Shown here: piece by piece, positions 21,267-32,172 of the stretch
How positions within the stretch are numbered: position 1 is the stretch's first letter
Layout of the letters: each line of letters begins with the position of its first letter
Notes under the pieces: model-generated
The model's input: the letters and a program-made list of their open reading frames with translations, nothing else
Databases searched by the model: none
Told to the model about the DNA's origin: nothing
Translations under genes and position numbers: made by a program
NCBI GenBank assembly: GCA_963705305.1
Contig: OY970067.1
Span: forward strand, 1,312,001-1,376,000
Length of the DNA: 64,000 nt
Origin: an uncultured Methylomirabilota bacterium
GTDB taxonomy: Bacteria; Methylomirabilota; Methylomirabilia; Methylomirabilales; 2-02-FULL-66-22
Direction: 5' to 3'

Positions 21267-21920
21267 CTCCCGAGCGCGTCGAGTGGCAGCGACCTTGCGC
21301 TGATTTGGACTCTCGAATCAGCTGGCCGTATTGCGTCCCCATGGCTCGTTATGCTCCGACGAGGACCATCCAGCGAACGAGCAGTCAACGGGGTCGGCGC
21401 CTCTCCAGTTGAGTACGTTGGTGGCTGAGACAATGTCGAAGTGCTGGTCTGAAGAAGTCTCGCGGGCGTTTCGGGATACCTCGTTCTACCGGTTGGATTG
21501 CGGGAGGAGCGCCAGGTGAACCTTGCGAGAAAAGGTATCGCCGAGCGCAGGGGCTGTCAACTACAAGACCTTGTCTCGGCAGCACGAGGGGCTCCGGATA
21601 CAGACCATCAAGCATACCTCCGACGGCAGATCGAGATGGCCAGGGTGCAGCGCCGAGAGGTAATGATTCTTGGGGGGGGTAACGCTGCCTTGGACGAGAG
21701 ATGGCCGAATAGGTCGAAGCCCCGGGAGCTGGAATGCTCCTTTTGGACCCAGTCAGCGCCTCCTCAAGGATTTAGGCAGGGCTGAGCGAGGCGTGCGCCC
21801 CACGCGTCAGACCGATGGGCCGGGGGGGATGGTCTCATCGGGCAGCGCACCCGATGGCGGATTCCCTGGTGTCTCCGCAGCGTCGTCTCCATCGCAGACC
21901 GCACCCACGCTCGACTGGAC

Positions 21921-24177
21921 TCAGAACAGCGCGAGCTGGGCGAGGTGGGGCCGCTCGGCGAGGAGGTCCTGCAGGCGGTCGGCGGTGACTTCGATTCGGC
22001 TGGTCTTCTTGCGGCGGGGGTGGGTGTGCTCGATGAGAATCGACGATGAGGAGTTTGCTCCCGATCTGTTCCAGGGATTCGGAGATTGCGGTGATCGGTG
22101 GCGCCGGCGCCATCGCGGTCATGGTGAGGAGCTGCTCCATATCGCGCTTGCGGAGGCGGGCCCAGACGGCCTCGGCGGATTCGGTGGAGCCGACCCGGTG
22201 GACTAACGCGCGGGCAAGCTCCAGGACGAGGGAGTCGGCAGGGTCCGCAAGGACGCCGAGGCCCTCGCTGCCGAGCTCCCCCTCGATGGCGAGGGAGGCT
22301 TCGAGTTTCGTCGCGATCAGCCGGAGGGCTGTGTCCTGCATGGTGCCCAGGTACGTGAGGAAGAATACGCGGCAGGGGGCGGTCTGCCCGATCCGCCAGG
22401 CCCGTCGTGCCGCCTGGCGCAACGTGTAGATGGAGTACCCCGGACAGAGGTACACCATCGTGGGCGTCCGGAGCATATCAAGTCCGGTCTTGACCAACTC
22501 GGGGTTACAGATGAGGACATCGAGCCCCGCATCCAGACGTTCCTGGATCCACGCCTCCCGTCGGGCGGCCTCCACGCTCCCCTTCAGCACGGCCACCCGA
22601 AGGCCGGCGGAGGTGAGGAGTTCCGCGATCCGGGGCGTGAGGTCCCGGGTCTCGGTGAAGGTGACGTAGACCAGCACGCGCCGCCCCTCCTGCTGGACTT
22701 CCTTCCGGCACAACTCGACCAGTTCTTCCTCCTTCGGCAGGGGCCCGGGCACCCTCGGGGCGGAGGCGATCACCTGCTGGGTGTGGGGGTCCACCACGAT
22801 CTCCTCACGGAACGCCGCCTGGTCCGGGTAGCACAGGAGGCTCTGCAGATATGCAGCGAGGAGGTGTCGAGAGCCCGCGGCGAGCGCGTCCCGCACCGCC
22901 TGGAGGAGAGCGTCCGCGAGGCCGTGGTAGGCGCGGGCGAGGTCAGGGGACATGCTGAGGCTGACCACGCGCTCCTCGTAGGGCGGCAGAGCATCCGCTA
23001 CATCGGCCAGCCGGAGGAAGATGGTGTGTGGCAAGAGGTGCCGGCCCAGGACGAGTGGCGAGATGCCGGGTTTCCGGCGAATACTCACGGAGTGCGTCTT
23101 GCCCCGCACCGTCCGGGCGTCGCAGGCGTCCTCATGGGGACCCAGGCGCGTGATCTTTTCCTGGATGCCGTACCGGGCCATCCACGCTTGGACATTCCGG
23201 TACTGGAAGCCGTCGGCGACCAGGGCAGAGGCGTTGGCCCGGAAGAGGACGTGGAAGAGGTTATCTGCATACCCGCCCAGAAGGGTCCCGGTGAGCGTGA
23301 GGGTCCAGTCACAGGCTGCGGCGAGCGATCCATAGGCGTGCCCCTGGCCGGTGGCCGCCCCCTTCAATTCGTGCACTTCGTCCGGGATGAACAGGTCAAA
23401 GACCCCCCGCAGATGGTGCTTGATGAACGTGGCCGGCGCGTAGCGGCGGGGCCCCTGGGGATCAGGCCCGAAGGCCGGTTCGCCGCAGGCAGGGCAGAAG
23501 GTGTGCGTCCGGCGGAGCTGCGCGTCCGTGAGGGGCAGCCCGTCCGGGTCCCGCAGGATGGCCCCGCAACCACAACAGGCCGGCTCGACCCATGTCTGGA
23601 GGGGCGCAGACGGGTTCGCGGGATCGCGCTGTGCCCGGCGGCGGTGCCAGACCGCAGGCTGCCACGCGTAGTGGAGCTTGGCGCGCTCGCGGCTCAGGAT
23701 CCAGACCTCAGGGGCCGTGGGGGCGAGCGGCCCGTGCGCACGGATCGCGTCGGCCAGCCGGGTGAGGTGGCCAAGGGCATCGCGCCCGCCCAGGGGAATC
23801 GCACGCACGGTGGGCAGGACCGCCTTCGCCTCCCGCTCCCATTTCGGCACGAGATGGGGCGGGCACATGACGAGGGCGCGGAGAGGCCGCGGGGCGAGTG
23901 CCAGGAGCGCCAAGGCCACCGTGGTCTTCCCCGTCCCCATCTCCCCGCAGAGGTGGACAGCGCGGTCGCCCGTCACGAAGAAGGCCTTGGCGATGGCCTT
24001 GGCTGCCTCGGCCTGCGCCGGGTAGCACCGCCGAGGGAGCGCGGCGAGGGCCGCATCGTACTCGGGAGTCGTCCCCGCGTCCCGGAGGGGATCGTGCAGG
24101 ATCTGGAACGTCTGGGCCACCCGCTGGGCGAGCGGCTCCCCGAATCGGTCCAGGAACTTGGTGAGGCGGTTTGGCAT
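21921..24177 (-). CDS. SF2 (SNF2-like) helicase of the ICE backbone (apparent +1 frameshift at ~22038)
   Basis: Start MPNRLTKFL after GGAGG. GEMGTGKT, DEVH, LTGT, TGLD and QAARRAWRIGQ. Frame correction gives the tail ...RLQDLLAERPHLAQLALF-stop at 21921. Confidence 0.85.
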
Positions 24178-24256
24178 GGCGCGGCCTCCCGAGGAGAATT
24201 CTGGAAGAGTGAGCGCCCAAGCGTGTCCGGGTAGCTCCCGAGATTCCTGAGGGTGC

Positions 24257-25108
24257 TCAGAGCTGGACCATCGTCCCTGCACACGGTGCGGCGATCGGCT
24301 GCTGTGGGGCAGCCAGATTGGAACCGGGCGCCCCGAGCGACCCCGCCCCCGTTGATATCGGCTCGGGTGCGGGGGGTGGCCGGTGGGGTGGGAGGCGCTC
24401 GGGCGGAGGAGCGGGGAGCACCTCCGCCGCGATCGGCAGGGCCCCCTGCACCAGGGCGGCTGTGACCGCCTTGGCGAGGCGCTCGGCGTTGTGGAGTACC
24501 TCCCAACCGAGCCAGGGGCCCTCACCCTGGAGGGGGAGCAACGCCTCCTCGGTCTCCAGGTGGTGCCACAGCCAGGGGGCCCACGATGAGCGGAGAGGGA
24601 CCGGGGTGCGGGCATCGATGGCGCGGAGGAGCCTGGCCGGCGCGTCCTCTGCCTGCGTAGCAGGAAGGAGCAGGCTGAATCGCTGTGGCGAAGCCGCGGG
24701 GGTCCAGTCCGCCACATAGAGGCCATGCACCTGGCCGCAGGGGAGGCGGCGGACGATCCGCCGAGCGGGAATAGCTTCCGAGGACAGAACGCCCACCTTG
24801 TGCCGGCCTCGCCAGGACGGCATGTCGGTGTCGGCACGACCGACGAGCGTGATGGAGTCCTTCGCGCCTGGCCGGAGGAGGGTCGCCAGGATCGCGTGGA
24901 CGGCCTCGGTCGCCCCGCCAAGGGAGAGGAGGCGAAGGGCGTCCCCCGGGGCGGCGAGGTACGCGTGGACGAGGGCGGTGGCGCCACGGCACTCAGCGTA
25001 GAGAAACGTGGGTGGAGGGGTCACGAGCGCTCCTGAGGCAGCGGAATGAACAGGACGTGGAAGGAGGTTCCCCGAGGGCAGCCGGGATCGTATCGCAGTG
25101 ACCCTCAC
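24257..25108 (-). CDS. Hypothetical protein between methyltransferase and helicase
   Basis: 283-aa ORF overlapping the methyltransferase stop. Motifs LLSLGGATEAVHAI and TPVPLRSSWAPWLW. Confidence 0.7.
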   Translation of the reverse strand: MRVTAIRSRLPSGNLLPRPVHSAASGALVTPPPTFLYAECRGATALVHAYLAAPGDALRLLSLGGATEAVHAILATLLRPGAKDSITLVGRADTDMPSWRGRHKVGVLSSEAIPARRIVRRLPCGQVHGLYVADWTPAASPQRFSLLLPATQAEDAPARLLRAIDARTPVPLRSSWAPWLWHHLETEEALLPLQGEGPWLGWEVLHNAERLAKAVTAALVQGALPIAAEVLPAPPPERLPPHRPPPAPEPISTGAGSLGAPGSNLAAPQQPIAAPCAGTMVQL

Positions 25109-26151
25109 TGCACCGTCTGAAGCGTGCCGGTGTGGAGGTCCAGGGCGGTGATGACGATCTTCAGGGTGTCCCGCTCCGTGATGGTCCGGCTCCCGTCGGC
25201 GTGGGTCTCCTCGCTCCGCATGCTGGCCTTCTCGGTGCGCCCCTTGATGAGCACGGGGTGCCCGGTGCGGGGATCGCAGACCAGCTCGTTGTTCAGGTGG
25301 CCGCTGGCGAGCACAAGAGCGAGGTGACCCCGCCGCAGCGGCATGAGCGGCCGGAATCCTTCTGCGCCAGCCGGCGGGGTGAGCAGGCGGAGGAGCATCG
25401 GGTAGGCGCCGTGCTGCGCGATCTCGCCCACGAGGTCCTGAGGGTCCACCGCTACGCGCTGGAACAGCGGAGGGTGCGCCGCCGGGGCGACCGGCACTCG
25501 ATAGGGTGGATCCAGAGCTGTCGGCAGGTCGGGGGGGATGCTCATCCCGTGGCCGATAGCCCGGAGGCTCTGAGCGACGCCGTCATCCCGGCAGGGCGAG
25601 TCCTTCCGGATCCCGAAGAGCACGACCTGCGCGAAGCGGTCGTACGCCTCCCCGGGGAAGCGGAAGACCTGCAGGTCGCGCAGGTGCTGGGCGAGGACCG
25701 GGACCAGGCGGCGGTCGAGGCGCCGGTCCGGCAGGACGAAGACAAGGATGCCATTCGGGTGCAGGTAGCGGAGGGCGGCCTGAAGGAAGAGGAGTTCGAG
25801 CCGCCGCGTGGCCTCATCGGGCTCTGCCTTGGCGTCGTAGTCGTAGGGCGGATTCAGGAAGACGAGGCCGAAGGCCCCATTGGTGACGCGAACGCCCCGG
25901 ATGTCGGCGTGGAGCACCCGAGTCAGCGCCGTGGCGGCGGTCTCCGCTCTCCCCCGGTGGAGCTCGATGCCGAAGCGCTCCACGGGGTCGAGGGCCGCCG
26001 TGACGTCACAGAGCGCGGAGCCGTCTCCGCAGCACGGGTCGATCACACGGACCAAGCCGGGCGCGGCGGGGACCAGGCTTCGGGCGATCGCCGCGCTGAC
26101 GTCGGGTGGGGTAGGGTAATAGCCGAGCTTGCTCTTGCCGGCAAGGCGCAC
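25105..26151 (-). CDS. DUF6094-type class I SAM-dependent DNA methyltransferase
   Basis: GTG start after AAGGAG. KLGYYPTP, DPCCGDG, NPPY and C-terminal RPLMPLRRGHLALVLASG. Confidence 0.85.
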   Translation of the reverse strand: MRLAGKSKLGYYPTPPDVSAAIARSLVPAAPGLVRVIDPCCGDGSALCDVTAALDPVERFGIELHRGRAETAATALTRVLHADIRGVRVTNGAFGLVFLNPPYDYDAKAEPDEATRRLELLFLQAALRYLHPNGILVFVLPDRRLDRRLVPVLAQHLRDLQVFRFPGEAYDRFAQVVLFGIRKDSPCRDDGVAQSLRAIGHGMSIPPDLPTALDPPYRVPVAPAAHPPLFQRVAVDPQDLVGEIAQHGAYPMLLRLLTPPAGAEGFRPLMPLRRGHLALVLASGHLNNELVCDPRTGHPVLIKGRTEKASMRSEETHADGSRTITERDTLKIVITALDLHTGTLQTVQ

Positions 26152-26413
26152 GACGCAACTCCTTCGGAGGACGATCCCTCCCCTCAAACATTCCAACTGG
26201 CAGGCTTTGGGGTCGCGGTCGAGCGACCGACATCTCCTACCCGGGGGTTCCGTCTGGCGGCAGTCCCCAAGGGGTGTCGTCGATGCCGACGCTCATGGTG
26301 GATGGTGGCGGCGTCTTCTGTGGATAGCTGTCCTCTGCGCGCCGTCGGCTGGAAGGTCCTCGTCAAGTGACCTCCGCTGCCTGGGGGCGCCCCGGCACCG
26401 AGGACCCCGGGTG

Positions 26414-27619
26414 CTAACAGGTCCGGTGAAGCCACGCCCGGAGGCGCTGGAGCGGCGAGTGGGGCCTCGAGTCAGGGGTGGCGTGGGCTGCGAGCACCGG
26501 GACCAGGCACGACGCGGGAGCCCCGTGGCGGCAGAGCCAGAGCAGTTGCTTCGCCCGGGTCACCGCGACGTAGAGCAATCGCACCTCCTCGGCCTGCGCT
26601 GCCGGCGTGGCCGCGAACGGCGAGGGAGCGATCCCCTCTTGGCACCCGGCGAGGAAGACGACGGTCCACTCACCCCCCTTGGCCTGATGCATGGTGAGAA
26701 GCGCGATGGCGGTCCCGGGCTGGCGAGGGCCTTCGAGCGTTGCACTGGTGTCACGCTCCTCCCAAGAGGGTGGGCTGTACGTCTTCACGCCACAGCGCCG
26801 GGCCTCCTGACGGAGGATGCCCCCCTGGGCATGCGTCCGGATAAGAATGGCGATTTCCCGGGCGGGGATACCGAGGGCAAGGAGCGTCCGGACTTCCTCG
26901 AAGATCCGTCGGGCCTCCTCCGTGGGACTCGCCGCGGCGATCTGCCGGATGGCGGGATGGGCCTCCAACCGGACCGAGGCCAGGGTCCGACAGGGCGCCC
27001 CGGCGGGGGCGATCGGGGCGAGGAGAGTCCGAGCTGCCTCGACGATCTGGCGGGCGCTCCGGTAGTTCTCGGAGAGACAGAGGGTCCGAATGGGTGGAGG
27101 GAAGTACCGCTCCGCGTGGAGGAGATATTCGGCTGAGGCCTGGCGGAACCCATAGATCGCCTGGTCGGGATCCCCGACGAGGAGGAGCTCCGCGTTGGCC
27201 GTATGCGCGTGGAGCGCGGTGAGAAAATCGACCTGGCTCCGGTCCAGGTCCTGCGCCTCATCCACGGCGATGAGGGTGAGGTCCTTCACCCAGGCCGGGG
27301 CGACCCCGTCCCGCAGCACTTCGGTACAGCGCGGCATAAGAGCGTCAAGGTCAAATGGGTCGGGGCAGCGGTTCACGTCCACCAGGATCCGGCGCGCCAG
27401 AGCATGGAGGGTGCAGAGGCGCGGCGCGGGTACCCCGTGCCTGGCAAGCCGGTCCCGCATTTCCTGGGCCGCCTTGCGGGTGAAGGTGATCCCCAGCAAG
27501 GACCTGGCCGGGGCACCAGCTCTGAGCCGCGCGAGGAGCCACTCCACGATCAGCCGGGTCTTGCCGGAACCGGGTCCGGCGAGCACGCGATGAACCGTAC
27601 AGGGCGAGGCGGTGGACAT
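26414..27619 (-). CDS. Compact UvrD/Rep-family SF1 helicase (401 aa)
   Basis: AGPGSGKT, TFTRKAA, DEAQD, GDPDQAIY, NYRS, TMHQAKG and EEVRLLYVAVTRAK. Confidence 0.9.
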   Translation of the reverse strand: MSTASPCTVHRVLAGPGSGKTRLIVEWLLARLRAGAPARSLLGITFTRKAAQEMRDRLARHGVPAPRLCTLHALARRILVDVNRCPDPFDLDALMPRCTEVLRDGVAPAWVKDLTLIAVDEAQDLDRSQVDFLTALHAHTANAELLLVGDPDQAIYGFRQASAEYLLHAERYFPPPIRTLCLSENYRSARQIVEAARTLLAPIAPAGAPCRTLASVRLEAHPAIRQIAAASPTEEARRIFEEVRTLLALGIPAREIAILIRTHAQGGILRQEARRCGVKTYSPPSWEERDTSATLEGPRQPGTAIALLTMHQAKGGEWTVVFLAGCQEGIAPSPFAATPAAQAEEVRLLYVAVTRAKQLLWLCRHGAPASCLVPVLAAHATPDSRPHSPLQRLRAWLHRTC

Positions 27620-27732
27620 CGATGGGCTCCGTGGTGGATGAAGGCTGCACCAGAGGCAGAGGGAGCCTCTATCAAGGCGTGGGCCACCTGCTCGGGACCA
27701 GGCTCTCCCCTCCCACGACTCGCACCGTCCGA

Positions 27733-28269
27733 TCAGTCACTCCCTGCCGTGCGGGGCAGGCGACGGCGGTACTCCTCGATGAGCCCGTGGTCTGCGAAGG
27801 AGTAGCGGTCCTCCAGGCCGAGGATCACATGATCGATGACGGGGATCGCCATGAGCTCGGCGGCCTTGATCAGCTGCTCGGTAAGCCGTCGATCCATGGC
27901 GCTCGGGGCGCTGTTGCCGCTCGGGTGGTTGTGGACCAGGATCGTGGCCGCGGCGTTGGCGAAGATCGCCGCCTTGAAGACCTCCCGCGGCGCGACGGAC
28001 GCCTCGCTGGTGGTGCCCTTGCCGACGAGGTAGATACCGACGGGCCGGTTATCGGCCGACAGCAGGAGCGCCCAGACCTCCTCGTGGGGCAGGTCGCGGA
28101 GGAAGTCGAAGGCGCGGGCGACGTCGGCGCTGCTCGTCACGCGTGCCGGAACCTCTGCAGCCGTGGGCCGATGCCGGTAGGTGACGATCATCTCCCGGAC
28201 CCACGAGGCGCACGGGGGCACGGTCCGGGACTTGGCGTCCTGGAGCAGTGGCAGTTGCTGAGAGGCCAT
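27733..28269 (-). CDS. radC: RadC-like JAB domain protein
   Basis: EEVWALLL, PREVFKAA, HNHPSG...PSAMD and DHVILG. Start MASQQLPLL after GAGG. Confidence 0.9.
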   Translation of the reverse strand: MASQQLPLLQDAKSRTVPPCASWVREMIVTYRHRPTAAEVPARVTSSADVARAFDFLRDLPHEEVWALLLSADNRPVGIYLVGKGTTSEASVAPREVFKAAIFANAAATILVHNHPSGNSAPSAMDRRLTEQLIKAAELMAIPVIDHVILGLEDRYSFADHGLIEEYRRRLPRTAGSD

Positions 28270-28895
28270 GGGGAACCTCGGGAAATGACCCGGCGGACGT
28301 CGTCCGGGGCCGGGAGGAGGTGCGTGCAGTCGGAGCCGTCCCCCGGCCGCAGGCTGCGAAATGGCCATCCGCCGAAGCACGGGCCGGCGGGGCGTCGAGT
28401 GCCCCAGGCGTCGCGGACGGTCATCTGGTCTCATGGGCGGCCACCGACGGCCGGCGCGGGGACCCAGACCACAGGGGGGACGCGGGATCTCATCGCCTGG
28501 CCCCCTCGATCCCTGCCCCCCATCTTCCCTGCCATGCGTCCGAACCGGCAGGCAGTCAGGGAACCACACCCGAGGGGAGGGTGCGGTCCCCTGACACGAG
28601 GGGCGGGAGGTGCGCGAGGGCTCCGGTGGGTGGAAACACCGCCAGCTGCGGAGGATGAGCTCGCCGGTCTGGAGGTCGGCGCAGTAGGTCGCCGGATCGG
28701 CGGCCGGGTGGCGCGGCGGGTGTGACGGGGACAGAACCGTCGGCGAGATCGCTCGGATGCTCGGTGTCGCCGAGGGCAGTGGAGATCCGATCGTCAGGGA
28801 CACCGGCGGATCGTGGGCGCACCCTGACACAGCCCGAGACGCGCCAGGGGAGGTCCCTGATGCGTCTCGGGCATGGTGGGAACGGGCGGCCCTGA

Positions 28896-29307
28896 TCAGA
28901 ACGGGACCTCGTCCGCGTTCGCCGGGGCGCCCGCTTCCGCCTCGGGCGCACTCGGCCCGGTGCCGTTGCTCGACCGGGGCCCGACGAACTGCACTCGCTC
29001 GGCGACCACCTCGAGCTTGCTACGCTTCTGGCCTTCGGGCGTCTCCCAGTTGCGCTGCTGCAGGTGCCCCTCGACCAGCACCGTCCGGCCCTTGGCGAGG
29101 TGCTGCCCGCAGGTCTCGGCCTGTTTGCCCCAAACGACCACCGTCAGGAAGCAGAACGTCCTCGCGCTTCTCGCCGGCCTGGGTGGTGTAGGCCCGGTTG
29201 ATGGCTAGGTCGAAGGTGCACACGGGGCTCCCGCTCGGGATGTACCGGAGTTCGGGGTCGCGCACGAGGTTGCCGCCGGCGAACAGCTTGTTCATCGTGA
29301 AGGCCAT
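28896..29307 (-). CDS. ssb: Single-stranded DNA-binding protein (apparent +1 frameshift at ~29155)
   Basis: MNKLFAGGNLVRDPELRY...; second frame VVWGKQAE...KGRTVLVEGHL...DEVPF acidic tail. AAGGAG RBS. Confidence 0.9.
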
Positions 29308-29661
29308 GGTCCCGCTCCTTTCGTGCCCTCCCACTGGAGGGCGGCAGGGGCGTCAGAATAGGTGCCCCGGGGTGGAGGATCTATGAGTCGAGGGGTCCCA
29401 GTGCATCGGGGGCATGGGGCATCCCCTTGCACTACCGCGCACACCTTCGGAGGCCTGGACGATAGTCAGGAGGGCGTTCAGTAGAGAGGGGGCGAGGCGC
29501 ACCCGCGGGCATCGAAGAATGCTCGGAGATCGTGGCAGGCGGCGAGAAAGGTCCCGGCCGTCTGGGGGTGCTCCCGGTTGCCGGCAACGGTGAGTGCCTC
29601 GGAATCCGCGCCGATTCCCGGTGAGGTGCACGGCAACCCGGGGTGGGCTGGTTGGCAGAGG

Positions 29662-29868
29662 TCACGAGCGCAGCGTCAAGCGCTCGGACCGGAGGAACCG
29701 AGCTCCGCGGGAGTCCCCGGTCCGGGCGCCACGGCTGTGCGGCGTCCGGGGGGTCGAGCGGCCGATAGTGTGGAGCTCGATGCCGGTGAGGCCGAGATGC
29801 TGGAGCGTTTGCCTCGCCTCGGCGATCGTCATGCCGACGGATTTCGAGAGGATGATCGTCCTGCGCAT
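29662..29868 (-). CDS. Small hypothetical protein (68 aa)
   Basis: AGGAG RBS before MRRTIILSKSVGMTIAEARQTLQHLGL; co-oriented with the backbone. Confidence 0.4.
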   Translation of the reverse strand: MRRTIILSKSVGMTIAEARQTLQHLGLTGIELHTIGRSTPRTPHSRGARTGDSRGARFLRSERLTLRS

Positions 29869-30844
29869 GCCTGTCTCCTGTCCCTGCGCCTCCAGCGAGC
29901 CGGACTCGGTCGCAGCCGATGAGGATGGGTGCATCAAGGACAGCGTCTATCCCGTGGAAGCAGAGCGAGGCGAGGTCAACGGGGGCGCCGAGCCGCGGAG
30001 AGATGTCACGGATGGGCCGCGAGACCGCAGGGTGCCGAAGGGCAGCCGTCATCCCATTGTGGGGCAAGAACTGTAGGGCGGACCGGAGGCGCTTGCGGCA
30101 GCCTCGACAGGCGGCGATGGCGGCTCCGGCGCCTGCGATCGGCCGGATGGTGTGGTCGCGCAAGACCGGCGAGATGGAGACAGGTCAGGCATTCGTGACG
30201 GGGGGTCGCAACGGGCGAGGCTGCGCGCCTCAGCAAAGGCGCTGCACGGCGGGGCAGCGGTTCTGGCACGGCAGAGGTCTAGCAGACTCAGCGGGCATCG
30301 CGACGACGGGAGATTCACGAGGGGCAGCGGTCATCGAATTGCCGGTGCGATGGGTGTCGACAAGCAGCGGATGGAGGGACAGGAATCGCCGGGGAGAGGG
30401 GGGTGATGCCTACGGCCGCGGCGCAGGGCGTGTCAAGGATTGGGCGGCGGCGAGGTGGATGTCTTCGGAGATGGGGGAATCGTGATCGGTGCTATTCACA
30501 GTACCCGTGGTGGTCGGGTGGTGGCAACGGGGGCGGCGCGCGCGAGCGCTCGCAACGATCGAGGCGTTAAGGGGGCACGGTCTTGCGAGAGCCTCCGCAT
30601 CGTGGAGCGGGCTGACTGGATTACCAGCGACGGCTTGAAAGACGTCAGGCAGATCGGCCGTCGTTTCAGCCTCTGGACCTCACAGAAGCTGGACCGCTCG
30701 ACGCGGCAACGGAGTTCGTTCGGAGGTCTCCGATGTTGCTCCGGCATGTGACACAAATCTGCAGAGCGGTGCACTTCGTGACTGGTGGAGGGGACCGCGA
30801 TGGGGATGGGCGAAAAGGGTGTTGGGAGACGCAGTGATTGCTAG

Positions 30845-31124
30845 GGGTGGAATCGACAGCCCTTTTTGCCAAACCATCGAACAGCAAAATCGCCCACTTA
30901 GCGCGCCGCCCCACAGAGTCGTTAACCGCCCGTCGGTAACCGGCGCAACGTCGCCTACAGCAAATCCGCGAGGTTCCGGTCCCGCACGGGCCGCATTGGC
31001 AAAGGGGTGGATTCGACCGCTCGGATGGGCGGGGCGATCCTGGGCGTGCGTCGGTAACCGCGCGGTTACCGACGCACGCCATGGCGCGACTTCCGGCCGT
31101 CAACTGTATCCGGGTGGAATCGAC
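30845..31124. repeat. Repeat cluster with a perfect 38-bp palindrome (31043-31080); candidate oriT/oriV
   Basis: GGCGTGCGTCGGTAACCGC|GCGGTTACCGACGCACGCC. GTCG(G/T)TAACCG also at 30918 and 30932. GGGTGGA(A/T)TCGAC at 30845, 31005 and 31112. Confidence 0.75.
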
Positions 31125-31811
31125 CGAGGCCACCGCTTCCCTCAGGACCCTTAGCGGTGCCGACTCCTGCTCCAATGCAACACGGCGTGTCGGAAAGCAG
31201 GAAATGGATAACTCGCGGTCAGTCCTGAACGAAACCGGAAATGTGCATGTCGAAAGACAACATCGGGTGGCCGATCACTCGAGTGTCTGAGGATTCACGG
31301 TGAGTTATGATGACCCGCGATGGTGAGCCGGTGACGACGAGGCTGAGCCGCCTGCTGCGGTGGGCGGTCGAAGCCATCGCCGCCAGGGGCGATCTTTGCG
31401 TCGATTGGTACCACCGGGCGGGATGATTCAGGGGCGGCGATGCCGGCGGCGAGAGGGTGCCAGAGGATCCGGTAGTCTTGCAGGACAAGCCTCGGCTCCG
31501 AGTCCAGGTGGCAGGCTGAGACGACAGAACTGGAGGGCCCGGCCCTCCAAGTCCAGAGCGCTGCCGGCGTACCGACCTGGGGCAAGATCCTCGCACAGGG
31601 CGCAGCAAACGACAGGCGCCGACGCCCTCACCACGGAAGGGCGCGGTGAGAATCGACGACTTCCTAGATGCACCCGAGCGCCCCGAGAGGGCTGGGAACA
31701 ACCAGAACGGTCAGGGTGAGGCTGGGGGGCCAATCCCCGCGACGGCCATGTCGCATGGGGCGGTCGGTTTGGCCAGCCATGCCCCCCCTCTGACGCCTTT
31801 TCCGTCCTCGC

Positions 31812-32057
31812 CTACCACGGCCTTTGGGGTGGCGCGGGCGGGTCCATGAACAGCACGATCCCAAGCAGGTATGCCACCAAGCACAGCGCGAGAATGATCG
31901 GCGAAAGCGTGGTGGCGTACGCCCAGAGCCTCAGCGCGAGGTCGAATTCACCGAGATCCTGGCCGCGGCGAACTGCTCGTCGGTGGCTCCGCACCGCCAG
32001 GATCACGATGCAAAGCGGGAGTGCCAGGAGCATCACAAGCGGCACGCTCCCCTCCAT
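31812..32057 (-). CDS. Small two-TM membrane protein
   Basis: MEGSVPLVMLLALPLCIVILAV...LSPIILALCLVAYLLGIVLF; GAGG before ATG. Confidence 0.55.
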   Translation of the reverse strand: MEGSVPLVMLLALPLCIVILAVRSHRRAVRRGQDLGEFDLALRLWAYATTLSPIILALCLVAYLLGIVLFMDPPAPPQRPW

Positions 32058-32172
32058 CCTCGGCTTCCCGGACGGGCTGCAGCAGTGGTGCCTCCGCACT
32101 CGCCGTGACGGCGATCGCAGCTGCCGCCCGCATCTCGAGTTCGACCGGCTGCTCTGGCACGACAGAGCGGGC

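Noticed and set aside
24178..24987. N-terminal 270 aa of the 1050-aa helicase ORF
   Set aside because: It overlaps the real 24257-25108 gene; the helicase starts at ATG 24177 after an RBS. The same applies to the extensions on recR, radC, parA and 10641-12251.
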